IMG/VR virus record: IMGVR_UViG_3300042319_001124
From: an uncultured virus (IMG/VR IMGVR_UViG_3300042319_001124)
Taxonomy: Duplodnaviria > Heunggongvirae > Uroviricota > Caudoviricetes
Direction: 5' to 3' (one strand)
DNA length: 64,000 nucleotides
Within the stretch, counting starts at the first letter, position 1; each line of letters begins with the position of its first letter. The notes beneath the pieces were generated by a model. The model had not been told where the DNA came from and ran no database searches. It was given only the letters and a program-made list of their open reading frames with translations. Of the stretch, positions 27,100 to 37,000 are shown one piece after another. The position numbers and the translations under genes are program-made.

Positions 27100-27612
27100 A
27101 TGGGAATTGGAGCCACAAACAAAAGAAAGGGTAGTACTGCAGAAAGATACTATGCCAAATTCTTTAGAGAATTAGGTTTTAATTTCTGTGAAACTGCCCG
27201 ATTTGGAAGTAAAAAACATGACAATGCAAAGATTGACTTGTTGTATATTCCTTTTAATGTGCAAATTAAAGCAGGTGTACAAAAGAACATGAATCCTGGG
27301 AAGGAATTATTTATGATGTCCACCTCTATTGCTGCAATGTTTCCCCCTGAAGATGAAGTTTCTAAAAGACCTTGTATATTGTTTCATTACAAGCAAGGTA
27401 AGCCTGGAGCAAGAAGAACTCCAGACATGGAAATGGTTTATATGTCTATGATACAGTTTGATGTATTTAGAAGTATAAGTCCTAACTTACAGTATTCTAT
27501 GATGAAAGACTTTAAGTTTGACTTAGATTCTGAATTTAAGACTATAGTAGGAATGACTTTAGACCATTTCAAAGAAGAAGTAATCATTAAACAGTATGTA
27601 ACATGCCAGTAA
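27100..27612 (+). CDS. PD-(D/E)XK Holliday junction resolvase-like nuclease
   Basis: NKRKGSTAER, KIDL, NVQIK. Confidence 0.7.
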   Translation: MGIGATNKRKGSTAERYYAKFFRELGFNFCETARFGSKKHDNAKIDLLYIPFNVQIKAGVQKNMNPGKELFMMSTSIAAMFPPEDEVSKRPCILFHYKQGKPGARRTPDMEMVYMSMIQFDVFRSISPNLQYSMMKDFKFDLDSEFKTIVGMTLDHFKEEVIIKQYVTCQ

Positions 27613-28769
27613 TTGTAGCCACAAAAGAAGAAGTACAAGAGTACTATGAATCTGATGCATTAGGTCAGTCTAAATTAAAACTGTTGTTAGGAGATTTGTC
27701 TTCTTTCAACAAAGAGTTTGATTCTTCTGCAGAACACTTTCTAATAGGTTCTGCAGTAGATCAAATATTAACCTCTTCAGTAGAGGATTTCAGTAACTCT
27801 CATTATATCTCAGAGGTAAGTAAATTACCTTCTGATGCTATTATAGAGATATTGAAACTTGTATATGAAGATGTATTGCAAGATTATGCTGAAAGCTTAG
27901 AAGTTATAACAGCAGATGAATCTCTGCCTGTTACCCCATTTTACGAGTTTGTAGGAGAACTTGCTCATTGGGGAGCTTATATTTTAGATGCTTGTGAAAA
28001 AACAGGATGGCAACCAAGATGGGGTGCTGATGCTAAACTTAAGAATATTACAGAACAAGGTTCTGAGTATTTTATAGATATGGCTAAAGCTTTGGGTAAA
28101 ACTGTAATCAGTACTACTCAAGCCAATCTTATTGCAGATGTTGTTTCTTCCTTGCAGAATAATCCTAGAACTGCAGGATTCTTTGACAGACATATTTATT
28201 CAAACTTACCTGATATTACAGTGTATTATCAGTTTCCAATATACTTTGAGTATAGAGGAGTAGAATGTAAGGCTTTGTTAGATATTGTATTTGTTGAAAG
28301 AACTGAAGAAGGTAAAATTATTTCTATTACAGGTGCAGATTTGAAAACTATGCATGGTAATACTTATCATTTTACATCTAGTATTAAATCTAGAAGATAT
28401 GACATTCAAGCTGCTTGGTATACTCTTGCACTACAAAAACATTTTGCAGTCCCTGAAGGCTCTGATGTTATTAAACCTTTCCAATTTGTAGTAGAATCTA
28501 CTACATATCAAGGAAAACCTTTGAATTTTATAGTTGCTGACAGCCTTCTTGGCATAGGCAGATTTGGTAGAAGAGCTATTTCCCTTCATGAAACAGACAT
28601 GTTTAATGGAGATGGTATGGCAAGTGCTATTATTCAATATGAAATCAAAGGCTTTGAACAACTCTTAGACCTTTACATTTATCATTCTGAGAATGGTTTT
28701 AGTGAAGAAAGAGAAATTCAAGAAGCAGGTTTAAAACCATTAGTTGTTGATTGGGATGGTATTGTCTAA
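27603..28769 (+). CDS. PD-(D/E)XK exonuclease (RecE/ExoVIII-like)
   Basis: GSAVD, CKALLD, DLKT, YDIQAAWY. Confidence 0.8.
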   Translation: MPVIVATKEEVQEYYESDALGQSKLKLLLGDLSSFNKEFDSSAEHFLIGSAVDQILTSSVEDFSNSHYISEVSKLPSDAIIEILKLVYEDVLQDYAESLEVITADESLPVTPFYEFVGELAHWGAYILDACEKTGWQPRWGADAKLKNITEQGSEYFIDMAKALGKTVISTTQANLIADVVSSLQNNPRTAGFFDRHIYSNLPDITVYYQFPIYFEYRGVECKALLDIVFVERTEEGKIISITGADLKTMHGNTYHFTSSIKSRRYDIQAAWYTLALQKHFAVPEGSDVIKPFQFVVESTTYQGKPLNFIVADSLLGIGRFGRRAISLHETDMFNGDGMASAIIQYEIKGFEQLLDLYIYHSENGFSEEREIQEAGLKPLVVDWDGIV

Positions 28770-28785
28770 AATAGCAGAATCAGGT

Positions 28786-29391
28786 ATGGAAATTGAGATT
28801 GGGAAATTGTACTCTAATAAAACTTTAAAGTATTTAGTTCCTGCTCTCAATTACTATGGGCCTACTCTAAAGACTAAGTTAAACTTAATCTTTAAATTGG
28901 CTTTTGGTGTTCATGATACACTCTTAGAAGGTTCTTACCTAGAAGGTCAAAAGAATATCTTTATTCTAGTAGACAAATTAGTAAGAACTGATTTATACCA
29001 AAACTTTATGGATTGGGTAAAGCATCAAGAGTATTATGTAACAGACTATGCTTATGATGCTATAATGGAAGCTCACAGTAGAAAGCAAATGATTGTATTA
29101 GCTTTTCCTCCTTCTATGGGAGATACTTATGAAAAGTTTCTAAAAGGCAAGTATAGCAAGATGTATACTAAAAAAGAAATCCAAGATTACTTTGGAGATG
29201 AAAACAAAGCAGCAGCTAGGCATGTATTTGCTAGAACAGTGTATGCTAGAAGAGAGTTTCAACTCAAAATCAAAGAAGTCTTTGACGTAGTTTTAGAAGA
29301 CAAGGACTTTTTAAAAGGTTCTTGGGAGTATGACCTTCCTCCTAGTAAAGAGGAAGAATTTTTTAACACTTGGAAACCTTTGGGGGAGTAA
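28786..29391 (+). CDS. Hypothetical protein
   Basis: Likely start MEIEIGK (ORF track starts at 28744). Confidence 0.65.
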   Translation: MEIEIGKLYSNKTLKYLVPALNYYGPTLKTKLNLIFKLAFGVHDTLLEGSYLEGQKNIFILVDKLVRTDLYQNFMDWVKHQEYYVTDYAYDAIMEAHSRKQMIVLAFPPSMGDTYEKFLKGKYSKMYTKKEIQDYFGDENKAAARHVFARTVYARREFQLKIKEVFDVVLEDKDFLKGSWEYDLPPSKEEEFFNTWKPLGE

Positions 29392-29422
29392 TCCCCCTTA
29401 AGTTTTCATTAATGCCTGAGAC

Positions 29423-29779
29423 ATGGAAGAAACAGAAAACATATTAAGTCCAGAGGGTTTTGAAGAAATCGTTGAACAAAGATTAAATGCTATAGGTGCA
29501 ACTCTTGTTATTAAAGGTAAAGAGTACAGAAGAAATAATGACCCTTTACACAATTTTAGAGTAGCTGCTAGAGTATTAAATACTACACAGGAAAAAGCTT
29601 TGTGGGGATTTGCTGCTAAACACTACGTATCTTTTCTAGATATGCTGAATGACATAGAGCAAGGAAACTTGCCTAAAGAAGAAACAGTCAATGAAAAGAT
29701 AGGAGACTTAATTAACTACTTGATTCTATGTGAAGCAAGTATCAAAGAAAAATTAATCTTAAAAGAATTAGATTTATGA
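29423..29779 (+). CDS. All-alpha nucleotide pyrophosphohydrolase-like protein (DUF1599/Nmad-like)
   Basis: KGKEY...DPLHNF...EKIGDLINYLIL. Confidence 0.65.
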   Translation: MEETENILSPEGFEEIVEQRLNAIGATLVIKGKEYRRNNDPLHNFRVAARVLNTTQEKALWGFAAKHYVSFLDMLNDIEQGNLPKEETVNEKIGDLINYLILCEASIKEKLILKELDL

Positions 29780-30060
29780 GAAGTCTCAATGGAAACTACA
29801 TCATTTTAAAAGAAGTCCTTACTCCTGTAGAAACAGAAGTGACTCTTTTAGAATACATAGGTAGTATTATTCGTAAAGAAAGAGTTGCTAAGAACTTTAC
29901 TCAAGCACAGTTAAGTTTTATGACAGGAGATTTAGTGTCTGGTGCTACTATTAGTCAAATAGAAACTGCAGTAACAAATCCTTCTGTAAATATTTTAGAT
30001 GCTATTGCACAAGCTTTAGATTTAGAAATCTCTGATTTATTTCCACCTAAAAACGGTTAA
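29776..30060 (+). CDS. XRE-family HTH regulator
   Basis: IRKERVAKNFTQAQLS...TISQIE...NPSVNILDAIAQAL. Confidence 0.88.
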   Translation: MRSLNGNYIILKEVLTPVETEVTLLEYIGSIIRKERVAKNFTQAQLSFMTGDLVSGATISQIETAVTNPSVNILDAIAQALDLEISDLFPPKNG

Positions 30061-30064
30061 CCTT

Positions 30065-30304
30065 ATGGGTCAAAAAATTAAAGTAGGACAATTAAATGTC
30101 AGTGTATTTTTTAGTAAATATGATAAGTTAACTAAGAAAAGAACAGAGATTGAGGGTCATGAATTGACTCACAGAGACATCAAAGCCATACATGAAGGCT
30201 TAGATAGTACTGATTTTGGAGAGTTTTATACCTACTCTGATTCAGAGAAAGAAATTACTGGAATGTTTAATGTTATAGATTCAGAACAAGAAGAAAATGA
30301 CTAG
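30065..30304 (+). CDS. Hypothetical protein
   Basis: 79 aa in operon. Confidence 0.6.
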   Translation: MGQKIKVGQLNVSVFFSKYDKLTKKRTEIEGHELTHRDIKAIHEGLDSTDFGEFYTYSDSEKEITGMFNVIDSEQEEND

Positions 30305-30482
30305 TTTACAAGAATTAGCTGTATGGGCTAAAGAAGTTAGAACAAATCATCCTCAGCATTCTTCTGAAATACTAGACTTTCTTTTTTTATGTCAAGATGA
30401 GATAGAAGGAGGAGGTTCAGAATCTCATGAAGTTCAACTTTGTTACAATGATATCTGTGATTTAGTAGGATTAGACCAGTAA
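30297..30482 (+). CDS. Hypothetical protein
   Basis: 61 aa, coupled to neighbours. Confidence 0.6.
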   Translation: MTSLQELAVWAKEVRTNHPQHSSEILDFLFLCQDEIEGGGSESHEVQLCYNDICDLVGLDQ

Positions 30483-31327
30483 TGCAAATCAAAAGACAGA
30501 AGACTAAAACTTTAGTCACTAGAGATAATGGTAGGAGCAGTGATGCTATTGCTCCTAACTTTATCTATGGCTGTTTAGGAGGGTGTATGAAATCTTATTG
30601 TTATGTGGCTAGGTATAACCATGATAAAGTCTACATTAATGAGAATACAGATGAAATTTTGTCCTCTATCCAGTCTTGGGTTGAGACTAAACCTTGGCCT
30701 AAAGTGCCAAATCAAGTAGATGACACTTACTATTGTGTAGACATAGGTTGTAGTACTGATGTATCTTTGCATCATAAACACTATGATTGGCAGTTAGTGA
30801 TGGATTTTTTCAACAATAGCCCTAAGCTTAAGACTACTTTTGCTACTAAATACCCTACTAAATTTCCAATAGTCAAGTATAACTTGACACCTGGAAAGCA
30901 CAGGATAAGAGTAAGTCTTATGCCTCAAAAGATCTCAAGTATCTTAGAACCCAATACTGACAGCATAGCTGATAGGATTGCTATGATACCTGTACTCCAA
31001 ACAAAAATGGAGGTGCACATAAATTTTAGTCCTATAGTTTACTATCCTACTTGGCTAGAAGACTATGAAGAATTGTTTCAACAACTTAAAGGATTAGAAT
31101 TTAAATCTGAGTGTATCTTTGTGACTTACAATAAGATGCAAGCTGAAAGAAATAACTCTGAAGTCAACTATTATCTGTGGCAACCTCTGATTCAAGAAGC
31201 TAAAGATTCTGAGTATGCAGCAGATAATATTAGATATGAAAGACATTTTAAGCAAAAGCTTATAAATGATTTTCAAGTGTTATACAGTAAATATTTTCCT
31301 TTAGAGAGTATCAGATATATTTTCTAA
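30482..31327 (+). CDS. Spore photoproduct lyase (SplB)-like radical SAM protein
   Basis: GCLGGCMKSYCYV, DIGCSTD, TFATK, RIRVSLMP, HINFSP, final YIF. Confidence 0.8.
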   Translation: MQIKRQKTKTLVTRDNGRSSDAIAPNFIYGCLGGCMKSYCYVARYNHDKVYINENTDEILSSIQSWVETKPWPKVPNQVDDTYYCVDIGCSTDVSLHHKHYDWQLVMDFFNNSPKLKTTFATKYPTKFPIVKYNLTPGKHRIRVSLMPQKISSILEPNTDSIADRIAMIPVLQTKMEVHINFSPIVYYPTWLEDYEELFQQLKGLEFKSECIFVTYNKMQAERNNSEVNYYLWQPLIQEAKDSEYAADNIRYERHFKQKLINDFQVLYSKYFPLESIRYIF

Positions 31328-31344
31328 AGGTTAATATTTTTCTT

Positions 31345-31352
31345 TATATTTG
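31345..31352 (+). promoter_or_regulatory. Bacteroidota -7 element TATATTTG upstream of groES
   Basis: Matches TAnnTTTG, 21 nt before ATG 31374. Confidence 0.6.
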
Positions 31353-31373
31353 TAAACAAATAAATTTAAAAAG

Positions 31374-31682
31374 ATGAAAATCATTGGTAAAAGAGTTCTA
31401 GTAGAACAAACTAGTATAAAAAAAGATACTAAAATTATTCTAACTGAAAAAAGTAAAGAGCAAAATTTAACAGTAACTTTTAAAGTCCTTCAAATGGGTA
31501 ATGAGTGCCCAACAGGAGAAGGGCATGTTCAAGTAGGTGATGTACCTATTTTTAGTGAACATGTGACTTTTGATGGCTTCAAAATGATTGAAGTTGACAA
31601 AGCTCCTAATGGAGAAGTTCTTAAAGCTACAGCTCATACTGTAGTATGGTATGATGATATTATAGCTACTGAAAATGACTAA
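31374..31682 (+). CDS. groES: Co-chaperonin GroES (Cpn10)
   Basis: MKIIGKRVLVE...IIL...VQVGD...DDIIA; 102 aa. Confidence 0.75.
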   Translation: MKIIGKRVLVEQTSIKKDTKIILTEKSKEQNLTVTFKVLQMGNECPTGEGHVQVGDVPIFSEHVTFDGFKMIEVDKAPNGEVLKATAHTVVWYDDIIATEND

Positions 31683-31684
31683 TT

Positions 31685-31903
31685 ATGGCAAACATTGTAA
31701 AAGAGCTTAAAGCTCAAGCCAAAGAATTGTGTAATTTAGGTAATTCTAAAGAACAAGCTGAAGGTCATGGAATGATGAAAGTACTTGAAGAAATTGGTAA
31801 ATACTATTATGGATTTCAAGAGTATGATTGTTATTTTGATAGTATTTCAGATGAAGAAAAACCTAAGTTAAATAAAAAACTTAAAAAACTTAAAATTTAT
31901 TAA
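31685..31903 (+). CDS. Hypothetical protein
   Basis: 72 aa. Confidence 0.6.
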   Translation: MANIVKELKAQAKELCNLGNSKEQAEGHGMMKVLEEIGKYYYGFQEYDCYFDSISDEEKPKLNKKLKKLKIY

Positions 31904-31904
31904 A

Positions 31905-32486
31905 ATGAGTAAAATTCAAACAATTCTTGAATACCAAGGATTAGCAGCTAGAACCTGCCCAGACTTACCAGGAGAGTATGAAAATGAAAGACACATGAAT
32001 CTTGGTGTTATCACTGAGATTGGAGAAGCTTTAGACATTTTCAAGAAACTATTGGCTTATAATAAACCTATGGATGTAGTTAACTTGGGAGAAGAGTTAG
32101 CAGATATCTCTTGGTACATTATAAATAAATGTAGATTCTTTAGTATTCCTTTAGAAGAAGATTTTTCAAAAGTTGTACAAGAAGTTGCAGATCTTGAAAA
32201 AGAAGGTTTATTTAGTGAAAAAGCTTTAACTTCAGAGTTAAAATCAGAAGCTTTATTGACTGCTGTATTAACTACTTACTTATCTCCTGTAGAAAACTTC
32301 TTTGCTGCACCTGTAGTGCAGTTAGCAATCTTTTCTAATATTGCAAGTTGGTATGGTTTGGATTACTTCCAATTACTTACTAATAACATTGATAAGTTAA
32401 GAGTAAGATACCCTGAAAAATTCACTGAAGAAGCTGCTCAAAACCGAGACTTAGAAGCTGAAAGAGTTGAATTAGAGAAAGAGTAA
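31905..32486 (+). CDS. MazG-like nucleotide pyrophosphohydrolase
   Basis: EYQ...TEIGEALDIFKK...EELADISWY...NIDKLRVRYP. Confidence 0.8.
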   Translation: MSKIQTILEYQGLAARTCPDLPGEYENERHMNLGVITEIGEALDIFKKLLAYNKPMDVVNLGEELADISWYIINKCRFFSIPLEEDFSKVVQEVADLEKEGLFSEKALTSELKSEALLTAVLTTYLSPVENFFAAPVVQLAIFSNIASWYGLDYFQLLTNNIDKLRVRYPEKFTEEAAQNRDLEAERVELEKE

Positions 32487-32511
32487 TTAACTAAAATGTC
32501 AAGTATTTTGT

Positions 32512-32886
32512 ATGGAATACTTGACATTTTTTATCTATTTCATTATGAATATGAAACCTGAAGATGTGTTGTCTTTACCTCTGTTCCCAAAATGGGAATT
32601 AAATGAGTTGCTTGAAGATACTATTCTTATAGAATCTGCAGTCTATGTGCACTTAGATTGTGGAGAGACAGTAGAAGTGTATCTTCAACCTGTTAGCAGT
32701 GAATTTGTTATAAGCAAAAAGAGAACTAAAGAAATGGCTTATGTAGAAGAGCATTTATCAACTTGTTTACGAATATCTAAATACTGTAATGTAACACCAG
32801 GATATGCAAAGATGCTCCCATTAGTTGCAACCTTAGATAAAAGGGATAAGTACTTCTTACATGACTTACATTATGAATATCCTTAA
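32512..32886 (+). CDS. Hypothetical protein
   Basis: Last plus-strand ORF; start uncertain. Confidence 0.55.
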   Translation: MEYLTFFIYFIMNMKPEDVLSLPLFPKWELNELLEDTILIESAVYVHLDCGETVEVYLQPVSSEFVISKKRTKEMAYVEEHLSTCLRISKYCNVTPGYAKMLPLVATLDKRDKYFLHDLHYEYP

Positions 32887-32890
32887 ATGA

Positions 32891-32924
32891 TACAAAGTAA
32901 GGGGTAATTCCCTTACTTTTTGTA
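32891..32924. terminator. Bidirectional terminator between convergent blocks
   Basis: aaagtaaggg-gtaatt-cccttacttt, T-rich on both strands. Confidence 0.75.
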
Positions 32925-32965
32925 TTAGAGTCAAAGCAAAGCCTCACTCTATTTCTTTTTTTTCA

Positions 32966-33856
32966 TTACAGAAAATTCTTTGAAAGAAACTTTAGATAAA
33001 GAACATAGGAAGCATTACTTACCTCATAGGTATGATTGCATATATTACAATTCATAAGCCTTCTGATGGCTCCCATAGGAGTAGTATTTAGTTTTAAATA
33101 CTCTACTTTAGTAGAACTACAAGAAGGACAACTAAACTTAAATCTTCCTTCTAAAACTCCTTCATGTGTATTTTGTTTGAAGTAGCATTTCATTTCTTGG
33201 TAGACAGCTTCTAATACTATAACATCTTGGTCACAATATTCTCCCATAGTATTTAAAGCCTCAAGGTCATTGTCCATTACTCTTTTCCAAAGATCATAAC
33301 CACCTGTTTCCATCTTAGCCCCTACATTAAGGAATTTAGCAATATAGTCTAACTTATTAGAGTTAAAGTAAAAGCCTGACTTTGCTTTTTTTAAAGTATC
33401 AAGAGTCCTATATTGAGGAAACATAGGTATTCTATGAAAGATGCATCTAGTTCTAATCCATTTGATGTCAAATCTGTCTCCATTATGAGCTATAAGTTCA
33501 TCAGCAGTATTAGCTATATTAATAAAAGAAACAAGCATTTTCTTGTCATCTTGGTTCTCATCCCAGGTGAGTCTGTGTACTTTGTCTTTACCTTCCCACT
33601 TATAAGAGATACAGATGATTCTTCTTTCTTCTATAATACTTTCAGGAGTTATGGTGATATTCCAACCTGCTCTCCAAGTATATACTATATTAGGAGAAGT
33701 TTCAATGTCAAAGAATAATCTTCCTACATTGCTTTGCTCTTCTCTTAATTTTAGCAACTTTTCTAATTTTTCTCCTTTCAATCTATACCTCTTAGTTTTT
33801 ACAAAAGGTAAATTTAGAGCTGTGATTTCATAGTTCTTTAATACTAGACGTTGCAT
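32966..33856 (-). CDS. DnaQ/RNase H-like 3'-5' exonuclease with C-terminal Zn ribbon
   Basis: FFDIETSP, AHNGDRFD, YCDQDV; CPSC...CNIC. Confidence 0.85.
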   Translation of the reverse strand: MQRLVLKNYEITALNLPFVKTKRYRLKGEKLEKLLKLREEQSNVGRLFFDIETSPNIVYTWRAGWNITITPESIIEERRIICISYKWEGKDKVHRLTWDENQDDKKMLVSFINIANTADELIAHNGDRFDIKWIRTRCIFHRIPMFPQYRTLDTLKKAKSGFYFNSNKLDYIAKFLNVGAKMETGGYDLWKRVMDNDLEALNTMGEYCDQDVIVLEAVYQEMKCYFKQNTHEGVLEGRFKFSCPSCSSTKVEYLKLNTTPMGAIRRLMNCNICNHTYEVSNASYVLYLKFLSKNFL

Positions 33857-33875
33857 AATAAGGTGGATTTAATTA

Positions 33876-34043
33876 TTACTTGCCTTTTACCTTCTTAAGG
33901 TTTGGGTTTTTTGCTTTTGCAGCAGGTGAAGCATTTCTAGTAGCAGAAGCAAGAATTGCTCCTGCTGCTTTTTGAGATACTCCTTGTTTAGAAGCAATAC
34001 TAGATTGTACTGCTTTAAATCCTGGGTGTTTTTTAGTTGCCAT
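33876..34043 (-). CDS. 55-aa basic Ala/Lys-rich protein
   Basis: Not in ORF track: MATKKHPGFKAVQSSIASKQGVSQKAAGAILASATRNASPAAKAKNPNLKKVKGK, filling the gap between two genes. Confidence 0.75.
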   Translation of the reverse strand: MATKKHPGFKAVQSSIASKQGVSQKAAGAILASATRNASPAAKAKNPNLKKVKGK

Positions 34044-37000
34044 CATTTATTCTTTTTTGGTTTTCATCATACAAAGCTCTATTTGGCATAGGATTTTGTA
34101 TTTCTAACTCTTTATTAATAATAGTTGTAATTCTGTCTTCAACAATTTTTTTACTTATTGGGTCTAGATTATTGAAATCAAATTCTTTTTCCCAATACTC
34201 TTTTCTTTCTCTTTTAAATTCTTTTCTAGCATTCTTTGCTTCTCTTTTATCTATCTTAAAATCTGTATCATACCAAGTATCTATAATTTGATTATTTTTC
34301 AAATCTTTTTCCATATAGTTACCATAATTTGCAAGATCTAAAGTATTTTTTATAAATCCTTCATCATCATCTTCTTTGTCTTCAAAAATACTATTGGTAA
34401 TTAAACCAGGAACAATTGCTTTAGAGATTGATACTCCTATTCTAGAATGTCCTTTATTAATACCAGTTTCAAGAACATCTTCTTCTCCTTTAAATACAAC
34501 TTTAATTACTTGTTCTCCAATTTTACCTATTTTATTAGACCAACCTTCTATAGAAGCAGAGCTAAAAGTAGAGTTGTATAACTCTCCTGAATTATAGAAA
34601 AGAGACCCTGAGTTAATTAAATCTGTTAAAGTATTTTCTAAAAGAAAAAGAGTAGACTTGTCATCATCAGCAGCCTGATCTTGATAGTAATAAGGATTAG
34701 GATGTTTCCCATCTATAGTTTTAGATTCTTCTTCTTCATCATCTCCTCCAAATAAACTTTTTACTAATACAACAGATAAGAAAGTAGTTAAAAGCAAAGT
34801 AGCTTCATTAACTAAGAATCTTAAATTTTGTTTCTCTTTTTCTGAAATGTCTAATTCATTAAAAGTATGAGCTTTTATAATGTTTTTACCTGATACAAAA
34901 TTTATAGGAACTCCTACAGATTTTTTAACTATACCTTGTATAGCTGCTGCCATTTGTTTTAAAGCTTTAGAGTCTTCCTGCATAGATTTTCTTCTTAGGT
35001 AAGCTTGTCTTGCAGCATATCCTGACATACCTATAACAGATAATCCACCTCCTATTAAACCTAAAGTACCACCTGAAGCAAGTACTCCTACTCCAATACC
35101 TACTGACATTAAAGTAGCTCCTGCAATACCAGTTTTATTAGATTTTAGAGAGCCTGTATAAGCACCATCAAAATCTTTTAACCCTAGGTTTATATTACTT
35201 TGATTAGATGCAAATCTTGTATATATGTTAGTAGCTATCCAAGTTTTAAAACCCATTAAACTTCTTCCTAATGGAGCTTGTTTAATTACAGTATTAGAAT
35301 CACTTCTGTAGTCTCCATTAAGCAAAGCTAAAGTAGTATCTATCTTTTTAGTAATAGAAGATGCTTCTTCAGTTGAAAAGTTTTCCCAAGTAGCTTTATT
35401 ATTGTCTGAAACATCTTTATTACTGTCTGATGTCATTTCAGGTTTTAAAACTAATTGTCCATTTTTTACATTAAAAGCAGGTAGACCATATTCTATAGTG
35501 TACATACTTCCATCTTGTAATTTTACTTTTTGAGTATTCCCATTAAATACAGGAATTCTTAAAGGATTGCCATGTTCATCTAATAAAGTAGGATGTTCTA
35601 TACTTTGATCCATTAACATAGCTAAAATCTGAGGAACCTGGTTATGCCACTCTACATATTCAGTAAGGTAAAAAGGATTAACTTTTTTAGCAATACCTCT
35701 AAGACCAGAATCTCCTTTAGCTCTATCTAATTCATTAGTAGCATCTTGAATTACACCTAGTTTTTCTACAAGTAATTTTACTTTTCTAACTTCATGTTTA
35801 TAGGTAGTCATTCCAGGAATATATCTTAAACCTTTTCTATTTACAAAAGAATTAGCAGCATATATATTTCCTTCTTTCCAATATCTTCCTGTATCATGAA
35901 CAAGAGAAGACCAAACTCCCTGCATTCTGTTCATTACCTGAGCTTTTACATTCCAACCAAGTCCTAATAAAATAGCCCATCTATTAATAAGAGCATCATA
36001 GATAGCTGCTGCAGTATAAAACTGTCCAATATTGTCTAAAACATTTTGGATATCTGCAATTTCTGCTTGGATAGCTTCTATTTCTCCTGGTTCTGTAGTA
36101 TTATTTAATCTATTATTTAAACTTGCTAAGTATATTTCAGCTTCTTTTTTAAAGTCAGCTTCTCCTTTAGTGTAGTTTTTTCCTAGTTTTAACCAATACT
36201 TTTTATCTTCAGAACCTTTTACAGACTTGTTTATCCAATAGTTCATTCTTGTCTGACTATTGACTCTTTTATTTTCAATACCTTTTTTAGTTCTGTTATT
36301 TCTGATAGCTTGGTTTACTTGACTATTTTCTTGATCTGCAGGTTGATGTTTAACCTTATCTTCATAAATACCTTTTAAGATATTTATTTTAGGTAAACTT
36401 TCTTTTTGTGCTGCATAGGTAGAAGTAGCATCAAGATAAGCTCTTAACATTACAGGTAAATTAAAAGTCTGTTCTTGGATAACTTGATGAGTAATATGCT
36501 CTCTAAGTATAGATACAGGTACAGAAGTACCATATTCTTGCATAATTTGAGAACGATTTTTACCTATAGTTTTTTCAAAAATATCAATTACCGAATTAGG
36601 AGCAGTTTGTAAATCTATTACAGTCTTAGGAGAAACAGAAACTCCTAAAATAGTAGATAATTTCATTTCAATTATCTTCATATTTTTATTTACAGGCTCT
36701 TCAATAGTCTTAATAATACCTTTGCTAATGTAATCTGATTGGTCTACACTAGTGTTTCTTACATTCTGAGAAAATAAACCTTTAAAAGTATCTGCAGTTG
36801 CTCTTAACAAAGGCATAAACTTTTTAAGTATCCCTACATTTTTATTTAAAAGAACATCTCCTACAAGAGATTTCTCCATTGCTAACAAGGAATTATGACT
36901 TAAAGAAGTATTAGAGTCACTTAACTTAGAGTTCATCCATTCTACAGCATCACTGACAGTTTCCCAAAATTTAAGAAGTGCAGGATCAGATTCAATCTGA

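Noticed and set aside
29776..30060. XRE gene as a prophage repressor indicating lysogeny
   Set aside because: It is embedded in an operon with no divergent promoter, and no integrase or host genes are in the window
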